DNA of 54,523 nt, taken from the IMG/VR virus record IMGVR_UViG_3300044641_010325, positions 1 to 54,523 of that record. The stretch is one strand, 5' to 3'. Made by a program: the position numbers and the translations under genes. The DNA is from a virus. Its lineage: Duplodnaviria; Caudoviricetes. Of this stretch, positions 9,863-19,524 are shown in pieces. The notes under the pieces were generated by a model. The model did not search any database. It worked only from the letters and a program-made list of their open reading frames with translations, and was not told the origin of the DNA. The number at the start of each line of letters is the position of its first letter. The first letter of the stretch is position 1.

Positions 9863-10197
9863 TGCCTTCTTCCTCCTAGGTGGCGCGGTCGTTGTGCCGA
9901 GGGCGAAAACCGCAAGGCGTCGATGTGGCTGGACCCCCCAGGGCATTGCCAGTGGCGCGACTTTCGACTCATTGTCTGGGACAAGTTACTAGCCCATTGG
10001 TCGCGGAGCTGCCGAATTGGCGCGATAGCGCTCGGCAAAAAAAGCCGATTGAATGTTCGCTTGCCAACTAGTCGAGGATATGATAAGAGTTGGACATCGG
10101 TGCTGGATGTGCACTCGTTGATGCTTCTGAGCTGACTCTGCCAAGATCAGGAGGCGGTGAGGAAGATTCCTTGCTCAGTCATGGAATGGAGACGAAA

Positions 10198-11850
10198 ATG
10201 ACGCAAGCACAACGTAAGTCCTGCAAGCTCGTCGAGCAGATGAATCGTGATCGAATTCGACTTGAAGCAGCCAGAGCCTTCAGCTGCATTCAAGGTTCTC
10301 GCTTAGTCACTCCTCAATCGGCTTCTGGCGAAAGTTCAGCACCTACGCCAGAGCGGACGAAAGGCCGAGCAGACGCAGCACTCATTAACAATAGCCTTCA
10401 CGACGATTTGGTCAATACTCTAGATCAGAGGGGAGCATTGATCATTTCCGAAGCGATGCTTGATGCACTCGTTCTCGATTCGCTAAAGGCCAGCTCCATC
10501 GCAAGTAGCGGTGCAGGTTCGTTTCCCACGTCACATGAAAAAGTCTTGGCGAGGGTATCGAGCTCGACTTTAGACGTCAACAAGATTTACGCCTCATTCG
10601 AACCAACTAATCCGGCCTCTGAGAAAGCAGAAGTCATTGTCAGGCCGGGTTTTCAAGTGACATTTACGCTCTTCGCGACCAATGCGTCGCACTTGAGCTT
10701 CAGTGACGTAGTGTTGGATGTTCCGGAGTTTTCTGTTGAACTGACCGGTCGAAAGCAAGCGATCGAGTTTCGGGCCAAAGAGTTCTTGGTCAGCAGCCGA
10801 GTCAATGAGAGTGTGGATCGGGAACAAGCGAAATTGGCGGCCCAAATTACTGAAAACGATCTGCTAAGGATCGAGGGGATTTTCGCGTATGGAGGTGTCG
10901 CTAGCAAGCTGATAGACGAGGCGATGGGAGAGATCCCTGATATCGATCTCGCAGCGATGTTTCCAGCAATCGACTTTGGTGGGTCGCTTGAGTTGAGGAA
11001 GATCGGTGAGCATCTTGTAATTGTCCCAGAAAAGTTCTCCGTCCTGGGAAATTCTGGTTGCCCCCAGGGAGATGTTCTTGATGGGGTCAGGCCTGTACCG
11101 CAAAATCCAGTTCAGAATGATCAAGAGGCGCGAATTCCACTCTTCTTTGATACCTCCCGTGCACGAGTTATTCCGAAGGCGAGGAACACGTTCGGCTTTG
11201 CTGGCACGTACATACCTAAAGCACTTCTGGACGTTAAGTTCGGTAAGGTCTCTCCTGGCGCTTCACACAAGGATAGTGGCGGCGGAACGTTCAAGTGGCT
11301 GCTTGATCTAAGTGTGGCGCTTAAGGGAATCAGAGTAGAGATTGACGAACAACTTCTGGCGCTGAGGCTCACAGTCCATCTGGAGAGCTCGGGATACGGC
11401 GAGCTCTGGTTGAATCTACCATGCATAGGAAGAACTACGGTTGCAATAGTGAGGGTAGAGCTTCCGGAAACGGGCTCGCCCCCTTCAACAGTCCAAGTCC
11501 TTCTGCGTCCAGTCGTCAACAGTAACGGGGAGCTACGAATCGCCGCAGGTCTTGAGAGTGTGAATCTTGGCGATGTCTATGTTCGTGTCGAACTATTTGG
11601 AAGATGGGTGGGCGGCGATTGGAAGGCGAAGGTATTGGCCTTCATTGCCGACGCGATTCTTGCTCGGTTCATCGCTTGGAAGATTCCCAGCATGGTCTGC
11701 GACGAGCTCCGCAAGAACATCAACAAGCACTTCTTTGTGCTTGTCAGCATTGAGCGGTTGACACGGTATCTGCGACGAGCGCCGGACGTTCCCGCCTTTA
11801 GTGCCAGACCACAATCGGCGCTACTGTCGATGACGCTCAGCGATTGGTGA
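10198..11850 (+). CDS. Hypothetical protein, about 550 aa, lower-GC insertion
   Basis: Long ORF in lower-GC DNA; GGAG 6 nt before ATG 10198; no family recognised. Confidence 0.75.
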   Translation: MTQAQRKSCKLVEQMNRDRIRLEAARAFSCIQGSRLVTPQSASGESSAPTPERTKGRADAALINNSLHDDLVNTLDQRGALIISEAMLDALVLDSLKASSIASSGAGSFPTSHEKVLARVSSSTLDVNKIYASFEPTNPASEKAEVIVRPGFQVTFTLFATNASHLSFSDVVLDVPEFSVELTGRKQAIEFRAKEFLVSSRVNESVDREQAKLAAQITENDLLRIEGIFAYGGVASKLIDEAMGEIPDIDLAAMFPAIDFGGSLELRKIGEHLVIVPEKFSVLGNSGCPQGDVLDGVRPVPQNPVQNDQEARIPLFFDTSRARVIPKARNTFGFAGTYIPKALLDVKFGKVSPGASHKDSGGGTFKWLLDLSVALKGIRVEIDEQLLALRLTVHLESSGYGELWLNLPCIGRTTVAIVRVELPETGSPPSTVQVLLRPVVNSNGELRIAAGLESVNLGDVYVRVELFGRWVGGDWKAKVLAFIADAILARFIAWKIPSMVCDELRKNINKHFFVLVSIERLTRYLRRAPDVPAFSARPQSALLSMTLSDW

Positions 11851-11998
11851 CCGATCCGCCGTTGCATGGCACGCACAGTCGGGTCTGCTGAGGGCGGTTG
11901 TCTTTGTCGAATTGGCGCGTCCAAGCCAGAACGCCATCGCGCGTTGCGCGATGGCCGGGAATACCAACCGAAGGACCTTTCGAAGGAAAATTGCGTAG

Positions 11999-12184
11999 GC
12001 GCTGAAAGACGAGATTGAGTCCAAGGTATCGTTGTTGCGAACGCACCCGATGGCCTTCCGGCAGGGGCGAGTCGCGGGCACGCGCGAATGGGTCGTTCGC
12101 TCGAATTACGTGGTGGTGTATCGCGTGGACGCGCAGACCATCACCATTCTTCGGATCCTGCACGCCGCGCAGCAGCGGCCGTAA
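11999..12184 (+). pseudogene. 5'-truncated RelE/ParE-family toxin remnant
   Basis: Manual translation ALKDEIESKVSLLRTHPMAFRQGRVAGTREWVVRSNYVVVYRVDAQTITILRILHAAQQRP*, preceded by in-frame TAG; resembles the intact toxin at 21796-22092. Confidence 0.75.
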
Positions 12185-12220
12185 CTCCATTCGCGACGTG
12201 CGGACTCGCTTGCGGGACGA

Positions 12221-12595
12221 TCAGTCTTCGGCGGTCTCGTCGTGGATCGCGGCGTGCATCACGAAGCCGGTGAGGTAGGGCACGCCGTGCGGGATGCCGT
12301 AGTCGATCGCGGTGCGCCGCTTGATGGTCATGCGCATCCATGCCGCGACGGTGTTCGCAATCGCGTCGGGCAGCGCCTGACCGTGGGACTGATGGCCGCA
12401 GACTTCATCGGCGAAGTGCCGTCCGGCCTTGCTGTCGAGAAAGGCCCTCACCGCGTCGAGCGATTCGCCGGTGGCCTCGGCGATGGCGGTCATGGCCAGC
12501 GGCCACGCGACGCTGGCGTGGCCGCGCATCGTGCCCCAGAAGCCCCAGCTTTCGTTTTCGGTGGCGGGGATGGCGGTGTTCGTGTGCGTTTTCAT
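12221..12595 (-). CDS. Conserved phage hypothetical protein (124 aa)
   Basis: ATG at 12595 downstream of a motif copy; NESWGFWGTM...VRAFLDSKAGRHFADEV. Confidence 0.75.
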   Translation of the reverse strand: MKTHTNTAIPATENESWGFWGTMRGHASVAWPLAMTAIAEATGESLDAVRAFLDSKAGRHFADEVCGHQSHGQALPDAIANTVAAWMRMTIKRRTAIDYGIPHGVPYLTGFVMHAAIHDETAED

Positions 12596-12628
12596 GCTGT
12601 GATGTCTGTCGTGTGGTTTGTGTGCGGA

Positions 12629-12661
12629 CATGAACGCGCTGTTCGCGATGGAAGCCAAGCG
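12629..12661 (-). promoter_or_regulatory. 33-bp repeated motif, copy 1
   Basis: Minus strand CGCTTGGCTTCCATCGCGAACAGCGCGTTCATG, 33 nt before ATG 12595. Confidence 0.7.
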
Positions 12662-12782
12662 AAAGATCGCGTTCTTCGGCTTGTTTTTTCCGTTCTTTCG
12701 CGAGCCGCATCGCATGCCGATTTTCACTGCGCAATGCCGCGCCTCGGCACGGCATTGCGTTGGGCTGCGTTGCGCTGCGACA

Positions 12783-13376
12783 TCAGGCCGTCGGCGCTGT
12801 GTCGGCGATGCGGTACACGCGCACGCCGCCTTCGGCCTTGTCGGAGGTGACGGTCAGGCCGAGCTTCTTCTTGAAGGCCCCGGCGAAGGTGCCGCGCACC
12901 GTGTGCGCCTGCCAGCCGGTCGCTTCGCAGATCTGCGGGATCGTGGCGCCTTCGGGCCGCTTGAGCATCGCGATCACCTGCGCCTGCTTGCTGTTCTCGC
13001 GGGTGCGCGGTGCAGGCGTTTCGCCGTCGCCCGATGCGGTGGTGTCCTGCGTCGGCTTCGCGGCCTTGCGCGCGGTCTTCCGTGCGGGCTTGGCGGCGTT
13101 CTCGCCGGCCGGCGTCGCCGCTTCGGCGGTGGCCTGCGCGGCGGGGCGCGCGCGACCAAGCGCCTCGTAGGCGGCGTCGGTGACGATCCAGTCGCCGTGG
13201 TGGCCGATGATCATCGCGCGCACAAACAAGGCCTCGATGACCTTCTTCTGCGCGCCGCCCTTGATGGTGTCGGGGAACCATTCGATCTTGCCCTGCGTGC
13301 GGTCGATGGCGTGGGTCAGCACGGCGGTCTGGGTGTCGTTCAGCGTGATCGGCTTGGCGGTCGTTGCGGTGTTCAT
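12783..13376 (-). CDS. DUF3489-family protein (winged-helix-like C-terminus)
   Basis: RENSKQAQVIAMLKRPEGATIPQICEATGWQAHTVRGTFAGAFKKKLGL; AGGAG RBS before ATG 13376. Confidence 0.85.
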   Translation of the reverse strand: MNTATTAKPITLNDTQTAVLTHAIDRTQGKIEWFPDTIKGGAQKKVIEALFVRAMIIGHHGDWIVTDAAYEALGRARPAAQATAEAATPAGENAAKPARKTARKAAKPTQDTTASGDGETPAPRTRENSKQAQVIAMLKRPEGATIPQICEATGWQAHTVRGTFAGAFKKKLGLTVTSDKAEGGVRVYRIADTAPTA

Positions 13377-13421
13377 GCGTTGCTCCTGAGTGAGTGGTGT
13401 TGGATGTGGTTGGCGCGATGG

Positions 13422-13454
13422 GATGAACGCGCTGTTCCGCACCGAAGCCAAGCG
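13422..13454 (-). promoter_or_regulatory. 33-bp repeated motif, copy 2
   Basis: Minus strand CGCTTGGCTTCGGTGCGGAACAGCGCGTTCATC, 45 nt before ATG 13376. Confidence 0.7.
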
Positions 13455-13552
13455 CGATCTCGCGCATCCGCGTCGCGTTAAGCCAACGGACGGGAAGCCG
13501 TCGCCTGGCGCGCTGTGCGCGCATGAAGTCAAGTCATCGGTCAAACATTCGG

Positions 13553-14104
13553 ATGGGAATTTCGATCCGCGCGTATGCGCGCCATCGCGGCGTCACCGAC
13601 ACCGCGGTCCACAAGGCGATCCGTGCCGGGCGCGTTACACCGGAGGCCGATGGCACCATCGATGCGGCGAAGGCCGACGCGGAGTGGACGCGCAATTCCG
13701 CGCCCCCGCGCGCCGGGACGCAGGCACGCGCGCCGCGGGTGGTGGTCCCGGAGGTGGCAGAGAGGTTGCGCGACACGGGCCGCGACGCGGGCGCGTCGGC
13801 GCTGCCGGCTGTCGGTGCGTCGCTGCTGCAGGCGCGCACGGTCAACGAGGTGGTGAAGGCGCAGACCAACAAGGTGCGTCTCGCGCGCCTGAAAGGCGAA
13901 CTGGTCGAGCGTTCGCAGGTGGTCGCGCACGTGTTCAAGCTGGCGCGCGATGAGCGCGATGCGTGGCTCAATTGGCCCGCACGCGTGTCGGCGCAGATGG
14001 CGGCGACGCTGGCGGTCGATCCGCACGCGATGCATCTGGCGCTGGAGGCGGCAGTTCGCACGCACCTTGCAGAACTGGGCGAGCTGCGCGTGAAGGTGGA
14101 TTGA
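13553..14104 (+). CDS. Probable terminase small subunit (Nu1-like)
   Basis: N-terminal HTH SIRAYARHRGVTDTAVHKAI; LARLKGELV...ARDERDAWLNWPAR; directly upstream of TerL. Confidence 0.75.
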   Translation: MGISIRAYARHRGVTDTAVHKAIRAGRVTPEADGTIDAAKADAEWTRNSAPPRAGTQARAPRVVVPEVAERLRDTGRDAGASALPAVGASLLQARTVNEVVKAQTNKVRLARLKGELVERSQVVAHVFKLARDERDAWLNWPARVSAQMAATLAVDPHAMHLALEAAVRTHLAELGELRVKVD

Positions 14105-14108
14105 CAGG

Positions 14109-16070
14109 ATGTTCGATTACGAAGGCGCGCACGAGATCGAGCGCGCCTGGCGGGAAGGCCTGACCCCCGATCCGTGGCTGTCGGTGTCGGACTGGTCCGA
14201 CCAGCACCGGATACTGTCCAGCAAGGCAGCGGCCGAGCCGGGGCGCTGGCGGACGGCGCGCACGCCCTACCTGCGCGAGATCATGGATTGCCTCTCGCCG
14301 GCCTCGCCGATCGAGCGCGTGGTCTTCATGAAGGGCGCGCAGGTCGGCGGCACCGAAGCGGGCAGTTGCTGGATCGGCTACGTGATCCACCACGCGCCCG
14401 GCCCGATGATGGCGGTCTGGCCGACGGTGGAGATGGCCAAGCGCAACTCCAAGCAGCGGATCGATCCGCTGATCGAGGAGTCGCCGGTGCTCGCCGCGTT
14501 GATCGCACCCGCGCGTTCGCGCGATGCGGGCAACACGATTCTGACGAAGGAGTTCCGCGGCGGCGTGCTGGTGATGACCGGCGCGAACAGCGCGGTCGGC
14601 CTGCGCTCGATGCCGGTGCGGTACCTGTTTCTCGATGAAGTGGATGGTTATCCGCTCGACGTCGAAGGGGAGGGCGATGCGATCTCGCTGGCGGAGGCGC
14701 GCACGCGCACGTTCACGCGGCGCAAGATCTTCATCGTCTCGACGCCGACGATCGCGGGCGCCAGCAGCATCGAGCGCGAGTACGAGGCGTCCGACCAACG
14801 TCGGTACTTCGTGCCGTGCCCGCACTGCGCGCATGCGCAGTGGTTCAAGTTCGAGCGGCTGCGCTGGGAGCGCGGCCAGCCTGAAACCGCTGCCTACATC
14901 TGTGAAGGTTGCGAGCAGCCGATCGCCGAGCACCACAAGACGTGGATGCTCGAACACGGCCAGTGGCGGGCGACGGTACCGGGCAATGGTCGGACCGCCG
15001 GGTTCCACTTGTCGTCGCTGTACAGCCCGGTGGGCTGGCGCAGCTGGCGCGAGATCGCCGCCGCCTGGGAGAGCGCGACCGACAAGACCACCGGCTCGGC
15101 CTCCGCGATCAAGACCTTCAAGAACACCGAACTCGGTGAGACCTGGGTGGAGGAGGGCGACGCGCCGGACTGGCAGCAGTTGCTGGAGCGGCGCGAGGAC
15201 TATCGCATCGGCACGGTGCCGCGCGGCGGCCTGTTGCTGGTGGGTGGCGCCGACGTGCAGAAGGATCGCATCGAGGTCTCGGTGTGGGCCTTCGGTCGCG
15301 GCAAGGAAGCGTGGCTCATCGAACACCGCGTGCTGATGGGCGACACCGCGCGCGAGGGCGTGTGGACGCAACTGCGCGCATTGCTCGGCGAGACCTGGAC
15401 GCACGACGGTGGCGCGCAACTGCCGCTGGCGCGCTTCGCCATCGACACCGGTTTCGCGACGCAGGAGGTCTACGCCTTCGTGCGCGCGTGCCGCGACAGT
15501 CGGGTGATGGCGGTGAAGGGCGCGGCGCGCGGCGCGGCACTGGTCGGTACGCCGACCGCGGTGGATGTCACCGTGGCTGGCAGGAAGCTGCGCCGGGGCA
15601 TCAAGCTCTACACGGTCGTGGTCGGCATCGCCAAGCAGGCGCTGTACCAGCATCTGCGCCTGCACGCCGACGTGGCGGCCGATGGCCTGACGCCGGTGTA
15701 TCCGGCCGGCTTCATTCACCTGCCGAAGATCGACGCCGAGTTCCTGCAGCAGTTGTGCGCGGAGCAGTTGATCACGCGGCGGGATCGCAACGGCTATGCG
15801 GTGCGCGAGTGGCAGAAGCTGCGCGAGCGCAACGAGGCGCTCGACTGCTACGTCTACGCGCGCGCCGCGGCGGCGGCGGCCGGACTGGACCGATTCGAGC
15901 ACAGGCACTGGCGCGAACTGGAGCGATCGCTCGGGATCCAGGAGGCGCCCGATCCGCCACTGATGGCGATCACGACACCCCCAGACGAGGCCACCGGCGA
16001 CGGTGGCCTTTCCACATCCGCGCGCCCGAGTCGTCGGCGCGTGGTCAAGAGCCGCTGGCTCCACCGTTGA
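14109..16070 (+). CDS. terL: Terminase large subunit, lambda GpA family
   Basis: RTPYLREIMD, KGAQVGGTE, LFLDEVD, STPT, CPHC...CEGC, GADVQKDRIE, RNEALDC. Confidence 0.95.
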   Translation: MFDYEGAHEIERAWREGLTPDPWLSVSDWSDQHRILSSKAAAEPGRWRTARTPYLREIMDCLSPASPIERVVFMKGAQVGGTEAGSCWIGYVIHHAPGPMMAVWPTVEMAKRNSKQRIDPLIEESPVLAALIAPARSRDAGNTILTKEFRGGVLVMTGANSAVGLRSMPVRYLFLDEVDGYPLDVEGEGDAISLAEARTRTFTRRKIFIVSTPTIAGASSIEREYEASDQRRYFVPCPHCAHAQWFKFERLRWERGQPETAAYICEGCEQPIAEHHKTWMLEHGQWRATVPGNGRTAGFHLSSLYSPVGWRSWREIAAAWESATDKTTGSASAIKTFKNTELGETWVEEGDAPDWQQLLERREDYRIGTVPRGGLLLVGGADVQKDRIEVSVWAFGRGKEAWLIEHRVLMGDTAREGVWTQLRALLGETWTHDGGAQLPLARFAIDTGFATQEVYAFVRACRDSRVMAVKGAARGAALVGTPTAVDVTVAGRKLRRGIKLYTVVVGIAKQALYQHLRLHADVAADGLTPVYPAGFIHLPKIDAEFLQQLCAEQLITRRDRNGYAVREWQKLRERNEALDCYVYARAAAAAAGLDRFEHRHWRELERSLGIQEAPDPPLMAITTPPDEATGDGGLSTSARPSRRRVVKSRWLHR

Positions 16071-16080
16071 GACGTGTCGC

Positions 16081-16302
16081 ATGGCTTTCACCCCCGAACA
16101 ACTCGCGGCGCTCGAACGCGCGCTCGCGACCGGCGAGCAGCGCGTCACCTTCGGCGATCGCACCGTCGAGTACCGCTCCATCGACGACCTGATCGCCGCC
16201 ATCGGCGTCGTTCGACGCGGGCTCGAAGAGCAGGCGATCGCAACGGGCACTGCCAGGCGTCGCCCCCGTCGCGTCGTCGTGAACACCGACAAGGCGACGT
16301 AA
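16081..16302 (+). CDS. Head-tail joining protein, gpW-like
   Basis: 73 aa between TerL and portal; LERALATGEQRVTFGDRTVEYRSIDDL. Confidence 0.85.
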   Translation: MAFTPEQLAALERALATGEQRVTFGDRTVEYRSIDDLIAAIGVVRRGLEEQAIATGTARRRPRRVVVNTDKAT

Positions 16303-16306
16303 TCGG

Positions 16307-17791
16307 ATGAGTTGGTGGTCTCGGCTGCGCGCCCGGCTGTTCGGCGCGTCGCCCACCTATGACGGCGTCGGCGGCGGACGCCGTGCGCGGTTCTGGCAGG
16401 TCGGCAATCCCGGTGCGGTCGCAGCGCTCGCCTTCGCGCAGGACGAGTTGCGCGCCAAGAGCCGCGACCTGGTGCGCCGCAATGCCTGGGCGGCGACCGG
16501 CGTCGAGGCGTTCGTCGCCAACGCCATCGGCACCGGCATCAAGCCGCAGTCGATGCTGCACGATCTCGCCCAGCGCGAGGCGGTGCAGGCGCTGTGGCGC
16601 GACTGGTGCGAGGAAGCGGATGCGGCCGGCCTGACCGACTTCTACGGCCTGCAGGCGCTGGCCTGCCGGGCGATGCTCGAAGGCGGCGAGTGCCTGGTGC
16701 GGTTGCGCTACCGGCGTCCCGAAGATCGTCTCGCGGTCGGTCTGCAACTGCAGTTGCTCGAACCGGAGCACCTGCCGACGACGCTGAATCGCGAACTGCC
16801 GAACGGCAACGTGATCCGCGCCGGCATCGAGTTCAACGCCATCGGTGTGCGCGTTGCTTACCACCTCCACAAGAGCCATCCCGGCGACGGGATGCTCGCG
16901 CCGATGTCCGCGCACGGTGGCCTCGACACCGTGCGCGTCCCGGCCGACGAGATCCTGCACCTGTTCCGGCCGCTGCGGCCGGGCCAGATCCGCGGCGAGC
17001 CGTGGCTGGCGCGGGCGCTGGTGAAGCTGCACGAACTCGACCAGTACGACGACGCGGAACTGGTGCGCAAGAAGACCGCAGCGATGTTCGCGGGCTTCAT
17101 CACCCGCGGCGGGTTGGAGGACCCGTTGCTCGGAGAGGACGAGGCCGACGCGCAGGGCGTGGCGATGGCGAGCCTGGAGCCGGGGACGATGCAGTTCCTG
17201 GAACCGGGCGAGGACGTGAAGTTCTCGCAGCCGGCCGATGTGGGATCGAGCTACGCCGAGTTCATGCGCCAGCAGTTCCGCGCGGTCGCGGCGGCGATGG
17301 GGATCACTTACGAGATGCTGACCGGGGATCTGTCGCAACTGAACTACTCGTCGATCCGCGCCGGCCTGCTGGAGTTCCGACGCCGTTGCGAAGCGATCCA
17401 GCACGGCGTGATCGTCCACCAGCTGTGCCGCCCGTTGTGGCGCGCGTGGATGACGCAGGCCGTGCTCGAAGGCGCGCTGACGCTGCCCGGTTACGCACGC
17501 GGCGGCGTCGCGCGCCGTCGCCAGTACCTCGCGGTGAAGTGGATCGCGCAGGGCTGGCAGTGGGTCGATCCGAAGAAGGAGTTCGACGCGATGATCGCGG
17601 CGATCCGCGGCGGGTTGCTGTCGAGGTCAGAAGCGATTTCGAGTTTCGGCTACGACGCCGAGGACATCGACCACGAGATCGCCGCCGACAACGCCCGCGC
17701 CGATGCCTTGGGCCTGCGCTTCGACTCCGATCCCCGTCACGAGGGTCGTTCGACCCCGTCCAACACCGCTCCATCTTCCCAGGCGAATTGA
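16307..17791 (+). CDS. Portal protein, lambda family
   Basis: LRAKSRDLVRRN, RPGQIRGEPW, YEMLTGDLSQLNYSSIRAG, WVDPKKE. Confidence 0.95.
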   Translation: MSWWSRLRARLFGASPTYDGVGGGRRARFWQVGNPGAVAALAFAQDELRAKSRDLVRRNAWAATGVEAFVANAIGTGIKPQSMLHDLAQREAVQALWRDWCEEADAAGLTDFYGLQALACRAMLEGGECLVRLRYRRPEDRLAVGLQLQLLEPEHLPTTLNRELPNGNVIRAGIEFNAIGVRVAYHLHKSHPGDGMLAPMSAHGGLDTVRVPADEILHLFRPLRPGQIRGEPWLARALVKLHELDQYDDAELVRKKTAAMFAGFITRGGLEDPLLGEDEADAQGVAMASLEPGTMQFLEPGEDVKFSQPADVGSSYAEFMRQQFRAVAAAMGITYEMLTGDLSQLNYSSIRAGLLEFRRRCEAIQHGVIVHQLCRPLWRAWMTQAVLEGALTLPGYARGGVARRRQYLAVKWIAQGWQWVDPKKEFDAMIAAIRGGLLSRSEAISSFGYDAEDIDHEIAADNARADALGLRFDSDPRHEGRSTPSNTAPSSQAN

Positions 17792-19113
17792 TGACCTCCC
17801 TCGTCCACCTGGCGTCCCGTCTATACGGGACGCCGCTGCTGATCGCGCGCGCCAAACTCGACACGATCCTCGCCGTGCTCGGTCCGCGCATCGGCCTGGC
17901 GCCGGTCGAGACGGCGTCCATCGGGCTCGTGCTGCCGACGGCCGCGCCGATGGCGTCGGACCCCGTGCCGACGATGCCCGGCATCGCCGTGATTCCGATC
18001 CACGGCACGCTGGTGCGCCGCGCGCTTGGGCTCGACGCGATGTCGGGGCTGACCTCCTACGCGCGCATCACGGCGGACCTCGATGCCGCGCTCGCCAGTC
18101 CGGACGTGGCCGGCATCCTGCTCGACATCGACTCGCCCGGCGGCGAGGCGGGTGGGGTGTTCGAGCTGGCCGACCATATCCGCGCGGCGACTGCGATCAA
18201 ACCTATCTGGGCGCATGCCGGCGACAGCGCGTTCTCGGCCGCCTACGCCCTCGCATCCGCCGCGCAGCGCGTGACCCTCGCGCAGACCGGCGGCGTCGGC
18301 TCCATCGGCGTGATCGCGCTGCACATCGACCAGTCGGTGCGCAACGCGCAGAACGGTCTGAGCGTGACCGCGCTGTATGCCGGCGCGCACAAGAACGACG
18401 CCACCCCGCACGCACCACTGACGCCGCAGGCGACCGAGGCGCTGCAAACCGAGATCGATCGGCTCTACGCCCTGTTCGTCGATCACGTCGCCGCGATGCG
18501 CGGCCTCGACACCGCCGCCGTGCGTGCGACCGAGGCGGCGCTGTTCTTCGGTGAGGACGCGGTGACGGCGGGCCTGGCCGATGCGGTCGCGCCCTTCGAT
18601 GCCGTCCTCGCCGACTTCGCCTCCGCCCTTCGCGAGCGCGGACGTTCGCCCGGCTCGCCCACACCGCCCGCATCGACGAAGCGGCTTGCACTTCCAACCC
18701 CTACGGAGACTTCGATGACTGTTCCCACCGAGGCTGCGCCCGCGCAGCCGACGCCTACTGCTGCGCCCGCATCGGCCGTCGTGCCCACGGTCGCGCCCGC
18801 CGCGCTGCCGGCGCCGACCGCGTCCGTCGCGCCGCCTTCCACCGATCCGCAAGGAGAGGCCGTCGCCATCGCCGAGCTGTGCCTGCTCGCCGGCTGCCCG
18901 GAGCGCACCGGCGAGTTCCTCGCCGCACGCATGAGCGCGGCGCAGGTGCGACAGGTGCTGCTGCAGGCCCGCGCCGATCAGGTCGAGATCGCCTCGCACC
19001 TCACGGTCACCTGCACCGCTGGCGCGACGAACGCGGCGAATGCCAGCGCCGCCAACCCCGTCCTGGATGCGGTGCGCAAGCGCCTCGCGTCCACGTTTCC
19101 GCAGGGAGCCTGA
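17791..19113 (+). CDS. S49-family capsid maturation protease with C-terminal scaffold region
   Basis: ATG 17791; LDIDSPGGEAGG, AFSAAYALASAA, GSIGV; Pro/Ala-rich linker. Confidence 0.9.
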   Translation: MTSLVHLASRLYGTPLLIARAKLDTILAVLGPRIGLAPVETASIGLVLPTAAPMASDPVPTMPGIAVIPIHGTLVRRALGLDAMSGLTSYARITADLDAALASPDVAGILLDIDSPGGEAGGVFELADHIRAATAIKPIWAHAGDSAFSAAYALASAAQRVTLAQTGGVGSIGVIALHIDQSVRNAQNGLSVTALYAGAHKNDATPHAPLTPQATEALQTEIDRLYALFVDHVAAMRGLDTAAVRATEAALFFGEDAVTAGLADAVAPFDAVLADFASALRERGRSPGSPTPPASTKRLALPTPTETSMTVPTEAAPAQPTPTAAPASAVVPTVAPAALPAPTASVAPPSTDPQGEAVAIAELCLLAGCPERTGEFLAARMSAAQVRQVLLQARADQVEIASHLTVTCTAGATNAANASAANPVLDAVRKRLASTFPQGA

Positions 19114-19116
19114 GCC

Positions 19117-19524
19117 ATGCCCGTTCTCCATGAACCGATGACCCTCGGCGATCTGCTCAAGTACGAAGCGCCGAACCTGTACTCGCGCGACGAGGTGGTC
19201 GTCGCCTCGAACCAGACCCTCGCGCTCGGCGCCGTCGTCGGTCGCGTGACCGCCACCCGCGAGATCGTCGCCCTCGATCCGACCGCCAGCGATGGCCGCG
19301 AGACCGTCGCGGGCGTCCTGATCGAAGCGGTGACCACGTCCGCGACCGAACGTCGTCGCAGCGTGATCGTCGCGCGTCACGCGATCCTCTTCGGCGGCGT
19401 GCTGGTGTTTCCCGCTTCCCTCACCTCCGAACAGACCGCCGTCGCCCTCGCGCAGCTGGCGGCGCTCGGCGTCCTCGTCCGTCAGTTCCCGCAGAGCACG
19501 ACCCATGCTGAATCCGTTCAATAA
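19117..19524 (+). CDS. Head decoration protein
   Basis: Position between protease and capsid; LGDLLKYEAPNLYSRD. Confidence 0.8.
   Translation: MPVLHEPMTLGDLLKYEAPNLYSRDEVVVASNQTLALGAVVGRVTATREIVALDPTASDGRETVAGVLIEAVTTSATERRRSVIVARHAILFGGVLVFPASLTSEQTAVALAQLAALGVLVRQFPQSTTHAESVQ

Noticed and set aside
9650-10135. 161-aa ORF as a complete gene
   Set aside because: Only the first approximately 71 codons resemble a C5 methyltransferase; the rest is read-through into the inserted DNA.
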